A stretch of 63,806 nucleotides of DNA, filler included, from Thelocarpon superellum (GCA_026025795.1; 3 parts of 3 records of this genome joined end to end with filler, not necessarily neighbours in it), one strand, 5' to 3'; positions 24,401-37,320 are shown, counted from the first letter of the whole stretch. Notes: generated by a model from the letters alone, not told the origin. Made by a program: numbers and translations.

Positions 24401-25471
24401 AGAACCTAGCCAAAATTTGAGCCATGGTAGGCCTCGCTCACCTCGTCCCATCTCATGTCTCGGGCTCAGGTCTTGCTGGCACCAAGAGCTTCCCGCTCCT
24501 CAGACACTGGTGAAGAGAACCACTCTTTTATTTCAGTCGAGTTCGGCGTCGCACTTTTTACCACTTTTCACAGGTCATGCCGACGCCCCGTTCTCAGCTT
24601 CGTGTGCGTCTGCCTTCAGTCGCGTCGGTTGCGGCGGTGGCGAGCCCTAATCGTAAAACTGTTAACCGCGCAGATAGGCACAGTGGGATAATCATTTCGT
24701 GCTCCATCTGAGGTGGGAATGCTCTCCTCGAGCTTTCCACGTCGTTGGCCGGATCAGCAAGCAAAGGTGCTGCATAAGATTCCAGAACTTGATGCTTGGC
24801 AGTGGGCGCTTTTGTGGGGTAATGCCTGGGCTAGCAGGCGCACCTGAGTCCGACCCTCATGTCGAGGTGGGCGTACCCGCCGGTTAGGCAAGGTGCAGGT
24901 CGAGCTACCGTGGAGCATTGTCGCTTACCTCCTTTAACCGGCCTGTGGGTGCCTGAACCGTAGCACCAGAGGCGGAGCGAACCTCACGAGAAATGGTGGT
25001 CCCAAGGGACAAAGGTCCCTAAAGTCGTACGACATGAAGCAAGCTTCTCATCTCCAGCGGCTCAAGCACGCATTCACCCCCCTTCATTCCGTGATTTATT
25101 ACTTCTTGTATCTCTGGGCCTTTGCCCCTTTTTGCAGAGTGATTCGGCCCCAGTACGAGACGTGGACGATGTGGTAACTAGCCATTTATCGATCGACCTG
25201 CTGCGGTCGAATGCGCTAGCCGATCGTTGCCGAAGCTTGCGCAGCCGAAACCTCTGGGGGGGGGCGTGCGCCACGGATGTCCAAGCTTCAGGATTTGCTC
25301 GTCCTCGTCCTCGTCCCCTGATCCAGAGTCGACCATCCTCAAGCGTGTACGGGCTACGTCTCTCATCACGCAGAAGAGCCGTGTCGTCGTAATCTCCCTT
25401 CCTCGCGGCCGGGACGACTTCGTGTGCGCCGCGCCGCCGAGCGGGTCGGAATCGGGCGCTAAATGGTCGTG

Positions 25472-26332
25472 ATGCCTTCCAACCGGCGGCTGCGAGCGAT
25501 GCTCATCATGGTCATCGCGCTGGTCATCTTTATCTTTTACTACACGGTTTGTCCGCCGGCTTCCGCAGAGGCGTCGTCGGGATGAATGGCTAAAGCGGAG
25601 TGGCACAGTCTGATAGTCGACAAGCGCGGTCCAACGACTTCCGGTCCAAGACCTTGGTGCGGATGGAGGAGAAGGCGGCCAATGCGAAAAGCGACGACCT
25701 GGCTAAGAAGATGGCGGAGCGACTCAAGGCAGCGGAGCAGGACATGAAGGCCAACCTTCCCAATGCCCCCGAACACGTCTTGTCGGATGAGAAGCCGACG
25801 GCGGAGGATCCAAAGAGCGTGGCCGGTCGGAAGAAAATGGGCGTCGCCCAAGATGGCAAGGATGCATCCAAGCAAGGGAAAGCCAAGGTAGTGAGCGAAG
25901 AAGAGCATCGGGTCGAGGAAGAGCTGAACAGCATCCTCAAGCGATCGCCCAGTACGTAGATCCTCCCGTCCGGCACTCCTCCCCCCCTAAATTCTTGACG
26001 CTGACCATCCCCTGCCACGGTCAGTCATCATCTTCTCCAAGACATATTGCCCTCATTCCAAGCGAGCCAAGGCCATCCTTCTGGAGAAGTACAAGATTGT
26101 GCCGCCACCCTATGTGGCGGAGCTTGACACACATCCTCTCGGCCCCGGCCTCCAGGACGCGCTCGAGAAGACAACGGGTCGACGCACGGTGCCGAATGTG
26201 CTGGTCAGTGGGAGAAGTATCGGTGGTGGCGATGATGTCGCCAAGCTGGATGCCGATGGCGAGTTGGTCGCCAAGATCAAGAAAATGGCGGGGAAACGCA
26301 TCATGGAGGCGCGGCTAGCATCCCCGGCATAA
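25472..26332 (+). CDS. Membrane-anchored monothiol glutaredoxin (Grx6/7-like, secretory pathway)
   Basis: N-terminal signal anchor MPSNRRLRAMLIMVIALVIFIFYYT; ILKRSP/VIIFSKTYCPHSK active site; TGRRTVPNVLVSGRSIGGGDD. Two introns. Confidence 0.9.
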
Positions 26333-27180
26333 GCCAGCGTGAGCGCGGTGAGTTCGGATTCTAGAGGTCGATGGCGCCCGCCGAGGTGCGATTTCGTCAC
26401 TTTCAGCATACATCTTTTAATCTGGGTCGATGTTTGGCTGTCAACGGTCGATGGCCCACTGCGCACGGCATCGTGCGCGCAGCAGATTGGGTTTGGAGTT
26501 GGCACGGCTGGGGATCTGTCTTGGTTCATGTACACGTACCCCCCTTGTGATCCCTCACGGCCATGGGGAAGCTCTCCGAGATGGCCTTGGGTCGTCCTGT
26601 ACATTGTGGCGGAGGATGTTTAATTTCAGCAAATGACAACCAGACCTAAATCGACGGGGAGAAGCGGGGCGGGGACCTGATTTGATGATGTCTGATGCCA
26701 GCTCTTGGTGAGAACCATATCCGCCTTCATACATATGAAGTAAGGCTGTCAGGAGCGTCCCCACACGGGATCACGGAAGGACACATGACGTACGAAACGG
26801 GCCGCTTTAATTGACCTCCTATGTCAAGCGGAATACAGATGTAGCAGGCCGCGAAGGATTCCACGACCTCTGAGAAAGTGAACCCACGAGAACCAAGGGG
26901 AGGTCATCTGAAGCTTGTACTCATTCCCGATTAGATTGAGGTCTCCTCTTGTCGTATTCGACGTTTCGTTCACTCCCTGTCGGCATCTACCTCGTTATTC
27001 TCCATCACTCGTGATCCGACGCGGGGAATTTCGGGAAACGAGACTTGACCTCGAATATCGAGAAAGCCTCCTCAACACGGCGACCATTAGCAGTCAGTTG
27101 TCGTCGCGCTCGATCGCTTGAGAGCGGCTTGGCTTGCCGTATACGACGTTTTCAGAAAGATCGAGAGCATCATCGCAGTC

Positions 27181-29392
27181 ATGGATGACAGCAGACTGGT
27201 TCATCATCTCGCCGACCAGCCGCCGACGGTCGTGCGATTAGAGATCAAGCCCCACTTCGAGGCCTTGGCCGACCGAGAGCAGAGATATGCACACTACATC
27301 AGCCGGTATGCCTGACTTGCTTGCCCATCGTACCCTGAGATTGACCAGAAATACAGCGCCGCCTTCTCGGGAACAAGAATTATTCTGCGCCAAGTGTCTC
27401 CCGAATCCGAGCATATCTTCGACCTTATCATTGCCCTGCACCATAGCTGTGCGGGGAAGTGGACGGAGCTCCCGCACCGAGCTGGCATCAGCCACGAGGA
27501 ACTGGCACGCTTTCTCGAATATGCCACGCAGTTCTTGGGAAACCTTGGTAATTACAAGGCGATGGGCGATTCCAAATTCGTCCCGCGCATTTCTCCGTCC
27601 GCGCTGCAAGCATTGGCCTCGACGTCACCCGCAGCAGCGGCTCACTACGACAAGACGAAAGGCGCAATCTACGCGACTCAGGATGCAGGTCTGCTACACC
27701 TGGGTTATCCGGAAGAGGGTCACCTTACGACATACTACCCCAATTCGCCTTCGATCACCAAGGAAGAGATCACCATCGTCGGGGATCTGCTTGAAGCTCA
27801 CTCCTTGGCCGCGTATAACACTCGATTGCGTAAACTCGAGTCCGGAGACTTTGAGGTTATCATTGCCTCGTCCGAGCTGTCACCTCCCACCGAGGCGCGA
27901 GATGTCGGCGACGCTACCGACTTGGACTTGGGTGGGAAGCTCGCGGGCAAGAAGCTCAACTTTGTCTACGGCGACTACGCCAAGGAGATGACGGAGATCG
28001 TGACGGCGATCGAGGGTGCGGAGAGCAACGCCTTGAACATCACCCAGCAAAAGATGCTCCAGCAGTATGCTCGATCCTTCCGCACCGGCTCGGCCGAGGC
28101 GTACAAAGAGAGCCAGCGATACTGGATCCGAGATCAGGGGCCGATGGTCGAGTCGGATATTGGCTTCGTCGAAACCTACCGCGACCCGCACGGTGTTCGG
28201 GCAGAGTGGGAGGGATTCGTGGCGATGGTCAACAAAGAGCGGACGCTGGCATTCGGGAAGTTGGTCGCGAATGCGGAGAGAATGATTCCGCGGCTGCCGT
28301 GGTCCACGGCGTTTGAGAAGGATCACTTTCTCAGTCCCGACTTCACGAGTCTCGAGGTGCTTTCCTTTGCGGGCAGCATGATTCCAGCGGGCATCAACAT
28401 CCCGTAAGACGTCTTGATGCGTGCAGTCGGCCGGAGCTAATGGTGCCAGGAACCTCGACGACATCCGCCAGACTGAGGGCTTCAAGAACGTCTCACTCGG
28501 CAACGTGCTGTCCGCGAAGGCCCCTGATGAACGGATTCCCTTTCTTCGTGATGAGGACGTGGGTCTGTTCACCAAGTATCGAGACGGCGCCTTCGAAGTG
28601 CAGGTGGGGATCCACGAGCTCCTGGGACATGGAACCGGCAAGCTCCTCCAAGAGACGGAACCAGGCATCTACAACTTTGATGTGGCCAACCCGCCCGTCA
28701 GCCCGGTAACGGGTGAGAAGGTGCAGACCTGGTACAAACCCAACCAAACCTGGGGCTCGATCTTCGGGAGCATTTCGGCTAGTTATGAGGAATGTCGGGC
28801 GGAGTGTGTGGCCATGGCGCTTGCGTGCGACTTTGAGGTCCTCAAGGTGTTTGGCTACGGCGATGGCAAGGAGGATCTGGCGGGAGAGGCGGGCAACGTG
28901 CTCTACGTGGCCTACCTGCAGATGGCCCGCGCCGGTCTCACGGCGCTAGAGTTCTACGACCCGACGTCCAAGAAGTGGGGTCAAGCCCACGCCCAGGCCC
29001 GTTTCTCCATCCTGCAGTGTTTTCTCGACGCCGGCGGCGACCTGGTCAAGCTTCACTATGCCAAAGACGACCTCTCCGACCTGATCATCTCGCTCGACCG
29101 ATCCAAGATCTTAACCCACGGGCGACCAGCGGTGGAGAAGTATCTGCAGAAGCTCCACGTCTACAAGTCGACGGCCGATTTCGCCGCCGGCAAGGAGCTA
29201 TACGAGCGCACGACAAGGGTGGACGCGGACTTTTGGGGAGGAAAGGTGCGCGATGAGGTCATGAGGAAGAAGACGCCAAGGAAGGTCTTTGTGCAGGCCA
29301 ACACGGTGCTGGACGGCGACAAGGTGATTTTGAAGGAGTATGAGGCCAGTCTCGAGGGCATGATTCAAAGTTGGGCCGAGCGAGGAGTATGA
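27181..29392 (+). CDS. DPP3: Dipeptidyl peptidase III (peptidase M49)
   Basis: HELLGH zinc motif, EECRAE, GFVETYRDPHGVRAEWEGFV, PAGINIP/NLDDIRQ and WGQAH; two introns. Confidence 0.95.
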
Positions 29393-30446
29393 CGAAAAGG
29401 GCAAGGGAATCAAGTGGGCGCCGGTGCGACCATTGCAACGAGCACCCGGTCTGTTACCGATAAACGTCAATAGGATGCTTGGTGCGACGTTGCTTACCAG
29501 CCGCCATGGCGAGGCAGAGAGTTCCTCCGCGGTGACGAATACCGAGACATGAACAGATTCCGGCTACGATTAGAGAGGCTGCCATGCACTAAACCAGCCG
29601 ACTGACACGCTAACCGACTGCTATTGAGGCAGCCCCCAGCCAGCGAGTAGGAACAATAGGAAGCGAAGCGTAGCGAACTGGCGCCCCTCCCCCTGACCCG
29701 ATTCTCCGTTGACTGTACTCACCGCCAATAGCTCGGTGAATTGATGCAGAGCACGCTACATCAATAGGAATGCCCCCGGCCGAGCCAGGTACAACCACAC
29801 CGTCCATTAGCTCGACTTGACCCTGAACGGTGATCCATCGGGTGCTCACGCTAGACCTCCTCAAGTGAATGAGGAGGGTGCTCATACAATCAGCGGTACT
29901 CGCCAATAGCATCTTGCGCGCTGTGTCCTATTGCATTTTATGATGATACCCTGCTCAGACGTGCCATTGACAAATGCCTGCCGCCCCATCGCCCCAGCCC
30001 CCCTGCCTCCTCCCTCCACGTGAGCTCCGAACATGTCGCCGTATGCAGGCATGCGTGAGCAAGCCGCAGTTCACGTGTTTATGGTAGGTGGAACAGGATT
30101 TGCAATGGTATTGTGCGAGTAATTTCCATGTCACGAAGGCCGGGCCGGGACAATAAGCTGCTGCAGTGTTCTCCCAGCCAGCCAGAGGGAACAATCGAGC
30201 TGTTCCGTCGCCGGCCACAGCTGAGTGCTCCTTGTTTTTCTTCCATCCAACTTTCTATGATGGAGGCTGGACGTGTATTTAATCTGCAGTGTTCTCTCCT
30301 TTCCTCCAACACTTCCTTCCTCGCGCATCCTGCATCATCTATCTTCCATCTCGCTACCGACTCTTTGGCAGCGGCTCTTTGTAGCTACGACGTTTGTGAT
30401 TCATCCTGTCGGCCTCCGAGGTGACCGTTGTCTCTCCATCGTCGCC

Positions 30447-31285
30447 ATGCAACGGCTGAACCAAGCCGCTATCATGCGGGAATACCTCAAGCTGTCAACT
30501 ACGACTCGATTCTTGCCCCCTTCCATCCACACAGCCTCCAATCACCCCATTTCGCTCCCTCTTGGCTCGCTTCCTCCGCCACCGGCATACACGGCTGATC
30601 CCAATCCGTACACTGCAGGAGAAGAGGACGACCACGAGGAAAACGATGAGGATTCCTGGTCGTCGGAAGACAGCGACGAGCATGACGGTGGATGGGACGA
30701 AAGCGAGGACGACGCGGACAACGAAGCCCGCCACCGCGCGGCCTCGTCCCCTCGTCACATCCTTCCCACACTGACCATCTCCACACCCATTAAGATCTTC
30801 GGTCACGGCAACATGATCTCGACGACAGCCATCTCCAAAGCCGTCACTGCGGCAGTGCTGACACCTCATCTGTCCGCTGCCCGAGCACGTAGCGAAGGGG
30901 CTGTGGGCCTGGGGCGGGCGCATTGTCTTTCACAGCCCTGTTTTCACCGTCAGCCAGCAGAGCATGCGTTGACTCCATCCAACATCCACGTCACGGCCGA
31001 CATTACGGTTGTAGGCTGCCGGAACGTCGTCACTGGCGGACCTGTAGGACACGGTGTAACGCGGCCAATGTCAGGCACAACGACAACGACGAAGGACCGC
31101 TCTCCTTCGACGAATGACAAGACCGCAGACGTTCCTGAAGGGAAGGGAGATGGCATCACAAGGAAACGTCGGGCCAACAGCGTGAGTGGTTGGCTCCCTA
31201 TGGAGACCATAGAGGGGCAAGTGCTGACGAAGGACGTTAGGATCCTCCGACTGGCGCACGAAATGTCAAGCTTCGAGCGACCTGA
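30447..31285 (+). CDS. Uncharacterised protein with PPxY motif, acidic tract, duplicated beta-rich motif and basic NLS-like end
   Basis: GCCATG start; LPPPPAY; D/E tract; LTISTPIKIFGHGNMI and IHVTADITVVGCRNVV; RKRRANS. Intron 31182-31240 (GTGAGT...CTGAC...TAG), then DPPTGARNVKLRAT*. Confidence 0.65.
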
Positions 31286-31825
31286 TTCTCCGGATTGAAG
31301 CATTTGCTTCCGATGCCCTTGCATGATGGTTGAGGGACAGCGTTTGGACTGGAAAGAAGAGGCTTAGATGATTGCTACTACGAGGACATGCAAGTTTCCC
31401 ATTCTCCAATGTAGAAGGCGTAATCTTCAACGTCAGACCCTGTCCATCTATCTATCCTACACCCTTCCTCTTTTCCTCTTCTTCTCTTTTCCACTTTTCC
31501 ACCCGCCACTTCATCCCCTCTCCTTCACACCCACACATACGTGACAAGGATCGAACGAACCAACAAACGCCATCATACACGTGTTGTACTGTACGCCCAA
31601 CAGTAAGAACAGAAGAGTCAAGGTGGGTCAACCAAAGTAGGTAGGGAAGTAGGTAGGTAGGTAGGCAGGTGAGAGGTCAACTAAACTAGCATGGCATCGA
31701 TCCCACTGAACGAACCGCACAGCACACCGTAAAACAGCCGAGCGAATCTTGTCCATCGGTAGGTGACTCCCACAGGACCAGATCAGAATTTCTCGTCTGG
31801 AGCTGGACTGGACACGTCCAGCCCT

Positions 31826-33764
31826 TCATCGTCCAACGGGGACCTCGTTACGGTGTAGGTCCTTGGAGCAGGCAGGCAGTTTCTTGTCGCGCTCAAACAC
31901 CACGCCGCAGTTGTTGCAGAGGGACTGACAGCATGTTACCTCCGTATCATGAAGCGAGAGGGAGGGAGGAGAAAGTAGGGGACGAAGGAAGGAAGGAAAA
32001 AACTTACCCGTGGTCCGGACGGTCCGTCTCGTGCAGCCCAGACACCTGATCCCCATACGCGACAGTGGGAGCAGCGCCACGATTGTCGTTCCCTGGAGAC
32101 GAGGCACGGTTAAGCATGAAAAAGCCAAGGATCGCATCTCTCGCTCACCACTCGTTCAACCCCCCTCCTCCGCCGTACCCTGCGACGGCAGCGGTGTCGG
32201 GGGTTCCCCTTCCTCCCGGGGTGTTGGAGCGACCGACGGGACTCAAACTCCTGAAGCGGCGCTTCTTCTTGGTTCGCTCGCCGCGGCCCATGGGCGTCTC
32301 GCCGTTGTCGAGGTTGTCAAAGTATCCGCCCGGCGTGGCCGACGGCATCCCACCCGCCATGCCGGTGGAGGAGGAGAAGCGTGCCGTCTCGCGCCGCAGT
32401 CGCCGGATCTGGCGCTCGCGGTCTCCTTCCCGCTTTTCAATCTCCTCTTTGGAGAGCGTCTCGACCTTCGGCTCCCACTCGTCCGCCAAATGCTCGTTGT
32501 CGAACCGCCACCCGGCTTCTCGCCCTTCCGCCGCCAGGTTGTCGAGCTCGCCGCCGTACCCGTTCCCGCCCACCAGGCCGCCGCTTTCGCACGCTTCTTT
32601 CTTCAGGCGCAAGACGGCTTCGTAGATGGCGTGCGTCATCGCGGGAACCCACTCGCCCCCAAGCCCCATGTCCGCGCACGTGTGTTTGGCGAATCGCTCG
32701 GCCACGCCGGGCGGATGGAGCAGCGACCACTCGAACTTGTCAGTGTAGAGCTTGTTGAGGAGGTTGATGTTCAGCGTGACGATGCATCGGTACGTGTCAT
32801 CTGGACTGTGCTCGTCAGCGGTGGTGGACGGCATCGCTGCCGCGCTGGCCCGGACGCCATTCTCCGTCTTGGAGGGGGATGCGTGGCCATTCGACGGCGT
32901 CGGCCCAACGCTCGTCGGCGCCGTGGACACGTCCCGGGACAGCGGCCCTCGTGCAGATTTCGTCGCGCTGCCATTGGTCAGGCCGGTCTGCGTCGAGTGG
33001 AAGAGCGGGTGCAGGGCGACGCCGGCGTATTCTTCCAGTTGCTGCCGGATCTGGTTGCTGATCTGGGTGGCGGTACCGGACTGATTCGGCAGGTCCAGGT
33101 CATTCACCAAGATATTCGCAAACTGGTCGGGCGTCATCAGCGTTTCGTGGAGGTTCCACAGGAACATATCCTTCAGGCGGTACGGGGGGGTCATGTCAGG
33201 CACCCGGTAGGCAGGCAGCGACGGATTGATGCCGAAGTCGCTCGCGTTCGTCGGGAGCGGCAGGGCGGGCGCGGGATGGAAGGGGGCGAGGTCGAGATCG
33301 ATGCGGATCGGGATGAGGGTCAAGGGGAGGGCGGTCTGCGCATGAAGCATGCGGTCGGTCCTGGGGGGCATCCTTTCGTGAGTCGACCTGTCCGGTCCGT
33401 CGCCCTTCCTCACTGACCTGCCAAACTTCGGCTTGCCCATCCAGTCGCGCCAGATGCCTTGCATCTCGACGGGGGCCTTGAGTTCTCGTCCCCACCGTTC
33501 CGCGAACCCGCTCTTCTCCTGCCCCGGGTCTTCCCGACGCAGGCTGCGCAGGCCCGTAGGGCGCCGCGGCCCGTCACCCTCTTCAAAGTCATCGTCGTCG
33601 TACCCGTCCTCGGCATAGTTGATGGCGATGGTGCCGCGCTTGGTCGTGCGCGACGTCGGCGCGACCTGGGCCGTCGTCGGCTGGCTGACCGGGGTGAGCA
33701 GCGAGTTGCCATGGCCCCGGAGCCGTGGCGCGTAGCTCGAGATGAAGGCCTGTGGCGGTGGCAT
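31826..33764 (-). CDS. SFH1: RSC complex subunit Sfh1 (SNF5 family) with C-terminal GATA-like zinc finger
   Basis: QAFISSYAPRLR, INYAED, LIPIRIDLD, LKDMFLWNLHE, YTDKFEWSL, WEPKVETLSKEEIEKREGDRERQIRRLRRE; final exons encode CSHC-X20-CNNC. Confidence 0.93.
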
Positions 33765-34432
33765 CGCAGTTTATCGTGGGGGCCCAGGAACCTCTTTCAT
33801 CACGGCCGCGCGCGCTGGATCGGCTCGACTGGGGGGCCTGCGACAGACCGCGCCGTCATGGAGAGGTCCACCAGGACCGACCGGGCTTTCGACGTGGCTC
33901 GATCTCGCGCCCTACCAAGACCCCCCGTTTTCGCCGGAGCGATCGGGTGGAGACACACGCGGTGCGCGTCAGCGCTTCGGGTGGAGGCTTCGGGCGCGTC
34001 CGCAGTTCCCTGGCGGGCGTCGTACCTGTTCGAGGCGACCTTTTTTGCTCGTCTGGTCGCGTCGTCTGGGGCGCAAGTATCGCGAGCTCTGGACCTCCTG
34101 GACTTCTCATTTGTCGCTGGTGGACAGCGACTAGTTGGTCAACTTTGACCAAGGACATCAAGCGAGTTGCTTGCTGACTCATCCGCACCTGTGGCGGATG
34201 TAGGTCATGTGATCTGGCGGCGAACGGACAGGGGTGTGGCGAATGTAGACATGGAGAGAGACGCAATGGCACAAGGTACCAGCCCTTTTACACTGCAGAG
34301 TACAGGCAGGGCAACTGACTGTTGATTTGTTATTCTATCGTGCAAAGAGTATCAAATGCATATGCATACATCTTCTGTTGTCGTGGCTCATAGTCTTCTG
34401 GTGTGCTATGACATCCTCGTCCAAACTGCTCG

Positions 34433-36040
34433 TCACTCAGATGACATGGGAACGTCCTTGTCGTCCTCGTTTTCGTCCCTCTCTTCCTCTTCTTCCGCCT
34501 TTTCCTCCTCCACCGTCTTCTTGACCCCATCGATGAACGCCGCGACTGCCTCTCCACCCGCCAGTGGCATAGCGCCTCCCTTGATGAAGCCATTGTGCTT
34601 GACCTTGAAGCCCAGCGCCTCGCTCACGCTCGGCAGTCCACCATCCCGCAGGGCCACGGTCAGACTGGCAAGGCTCTGGCTGAGTTGCGGCGAGTGAAAC
34701 ACTTTTCGAAGTATGCCCTTCTTCTGCTCCAAGCTAAGAGCCTCCAGGGCGGCGTGGGTCGAGCCGCTCATCGCTTCCATCGGCGAAAGACCGTCGGCGT
34801 TGTGCGCAAGGAGGATAAGGGATGAGGGCAGGTAAGAGAGGAGATTGTCAACGATAGACATGTCGGCCCTATCCAAGATCTGGATGGTGGTCTTGGGAGG
34901 GAGTAGGTCGGGAAGGGTGGTGAAGGGATCGTCTCGTGCTGCTGCTGCTGCTCCTGGTTCGCCTCCTTTGAGAGAATCGAGGAAGTTCTGGACAATTTGG
35001 GAGGCCTGTGTCGCCGAGTTCGCGTCCCTACCACGCATACATCAGTCACCCTCGGGCAAGACGGGCTGAGCACACCGTTCCAAGAAAAGGTCCGAGTATG
35101 CACGTCGTAGTGGGGAAATACCCATCCAGGCTGACACGCGTTGTCTTATCGTACAGAGGACTAGGCGGGGACAGGACGGAAGGCTCCTGACCAAGCGAGC
35201 AGTGCGCCACCACAGGGGTCAAGACGCAGAGGTGGAGGGTGGGGAGGACATTGATTGAGATTGGGTGGATCAAGGAACGAAGAGCTACCTACGCTCTCCC
35301 TCCATCTGCGCCGCCTTCTCGTGGTCCTTCTCCCTCTTCACGCACGTCGCCTCCGGTGGCTCCTGGTCCGGCTCCACCCGTACTTCCCGAATGGTGGTCG
35401 CCCGGCTCGCCCGTGCCTTCCACGTCTTCCATCGCCTCGTCTTCGTCCTCGTCTGGCCCGTTGTTCCCCGCCCGGATCTCGGCGACGACCCGCGGCACGT
35501 CGACTTCTTCTCCTTGTAGCAGCTGATCCACCAAGTCTCCCAGCCGCCGGTCGCGGGGACCAAAGTAACTAGGATCGCCGTGCGGTGACTGGCTTTTTGA
35601 TTGCATCCAGAAGAGGTATCTTTGTGAGCTCGACGAAAACTTGAGCGCGTAGATGCGGCCGTTGGTCGGCGCCGCCTGCTGGTCGGGTGCGGGTGCGGGA
35701 TTGCCATCGTAAGGTTGAAACTGGCCATCACCGGGGATCATGACCAGGTCCAGCTCTGCCGAGTGAAGCGATGCGGAACGGGGCCGCCAGCAAAAATGAA
35801 TGAGTTCTAGGAAGATTATGGTTAGTGGCGTCTTGTGAAGCGCCAGAAGCGATCGAACGATACCATCTTCTCCCGTATAGAGATATAGATATCCTGGTGT
35901 GGTTCTTGGCTTGGCCTTGTGCGGCTCCACGCTGACCTGGCGTGGCGGTCAGTCTCGTGGGAACGAGCTTGAGACAGTGCTGGACTTACATCCAGGTCGC
36001 AGATGCCGGCTTTGAACGTGATGAGAGGCGTGATCGACAT
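34433..36040 (-). CDS. RPN13: Proteasome ubiquitin receptor Rpn13/ADRM1 (Pru domain + DEUBAD-like C-terminus)
   Basis: MSITPLITFKAGICD, PGYLYLY, LIHFCWRPR, NGRIYALKFSSSSQRYLFWMQS; after intron 35292-35028: PFTTLPDLL...SPQLSQSLASLTVALRDGGLP...AFIDGVK. Confidence 0.9.
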
Positions 36041-36410
36041 GATGAGAGAAAGGTCTCAACGTGCACCGTGAGATGAAATACGACGACATCTAAGGGCAGA
36101 ACAAAGCTGCCCCGTCTATATGATCCTGCTGGACGCATCAGTAACACCTGTCGGGGCCTGAAGGCTAGTCGGGCGCCGTAATTATCTGGCCGCGCTGATT
36201 GGCTGCAAGTCTGGAGCTCGCCTCGGCAGGCGGACGACTGGACACCGCTTAGATAATCTTTCCTCGACCTTTTGTGATTAGGGCTTACCACAAGTTGCGT
36301 TTAGCGAAGACGGGCACGGTGTGGGAACGACATCAAGGTCTCTCGACCATCAGCAGACGAAGAGTCCGTTCCACGTCTCACGCAACGGACCTCTTCCTCA
36401 CGAGGTGAAG

Positions 36411-37320
36411 ATGTCGTCGAAACAGGGAACCGCAGCGCAATCGAGCACGAAGAAGAAGTTTGGCAAGGGCCAGCGGGAGGTGCCACATCACACACAGAAG
36501 GCCAAGAAGTGGTATCCGGCCGAGGATGAGACGCAGCTCAAGACGGTTGGTAGTCCACTTTTCCTGCGACTCCAATCCTCTTCGCTCTGTTTCGGTGGAG
36601 CTGTACATCATCAAGCTGTCCGGCTGTCTACTGGAGCGCGTGTATTGATTTCGGAATGATTTCGGATCCCGGACGTCACTGCACCTCCAATGACGTGCAC
36701 GCCGATCCCTACCAGTCACCTCACCACCTTTCGCAACGGCTTCTCGAGTTTTTCTGCTGACCTCCGCCTCTACCAGGTTCGCAAATCTATCCGTCCGACC
36801 ACGGTCCGGCCTTCTCTCACACCCGGCGCAATCCTCATCCTTCTCGCCGGTCGCTTCCGCGGAAAACGCGTGGTGCTCTTGAAGCACCTTCAACAGGGTG
36901 TCCTTCTCGTAACGGGACCATTCAAAGTCAATGGCGTACCTCTCCGGAGAGTGAACGCTCGCTACGTCATCGCCACGAGCGCCAAAGTCGATCTCAAGGG
37001 TCTTGATGAGAAGACCATTGAAAGCGTGAGCGCCGATGGCTATTTCTCGAGAGAAAAGAAGAAAGATGGCACGAAAGGAGAAGAGGAATTTTTCAAACAA
37101 GGCGAGAAGCCAGAGGTACATTATGCTCTCTCTGGTGTAAACGAGGAGGTCGACTAATCCACCACAGAAAAAGCTCCCGTCCAGTACTCGGGCTAAGGAT
37201 CAGAAGGCCGTGGACAAGCAGCTCATCGCCAACATTAAGAAGGAGCCTCACCTCATTAGCTACCTCGCAAGCTCCTTTAGCCTCCGGAAGGGTGATCGGC
37301 CACACGAGATGAAGTGGTGA
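36411..37320 (+). CDS. RPL6: 60S ribosomal protein L6 (eL6)
   Basis: [71 protein letters not shown]; introns 36546-36776 and ~37116-37168. Confidence 0.96.

Noticed and set aside
24126..24425. 99-aa minus-strand ORF and AAATTTTGG Sm-like word in the gene-free interval
   Set aside because: No recognisable domain or codon bias; no snRNA structure around the word.
27091..27180. Non-AUG N-terminal extension of DPP3
   Set aside because: Only ~30 open codons before an in-frame TAG, with no clear targeting-peptide character.
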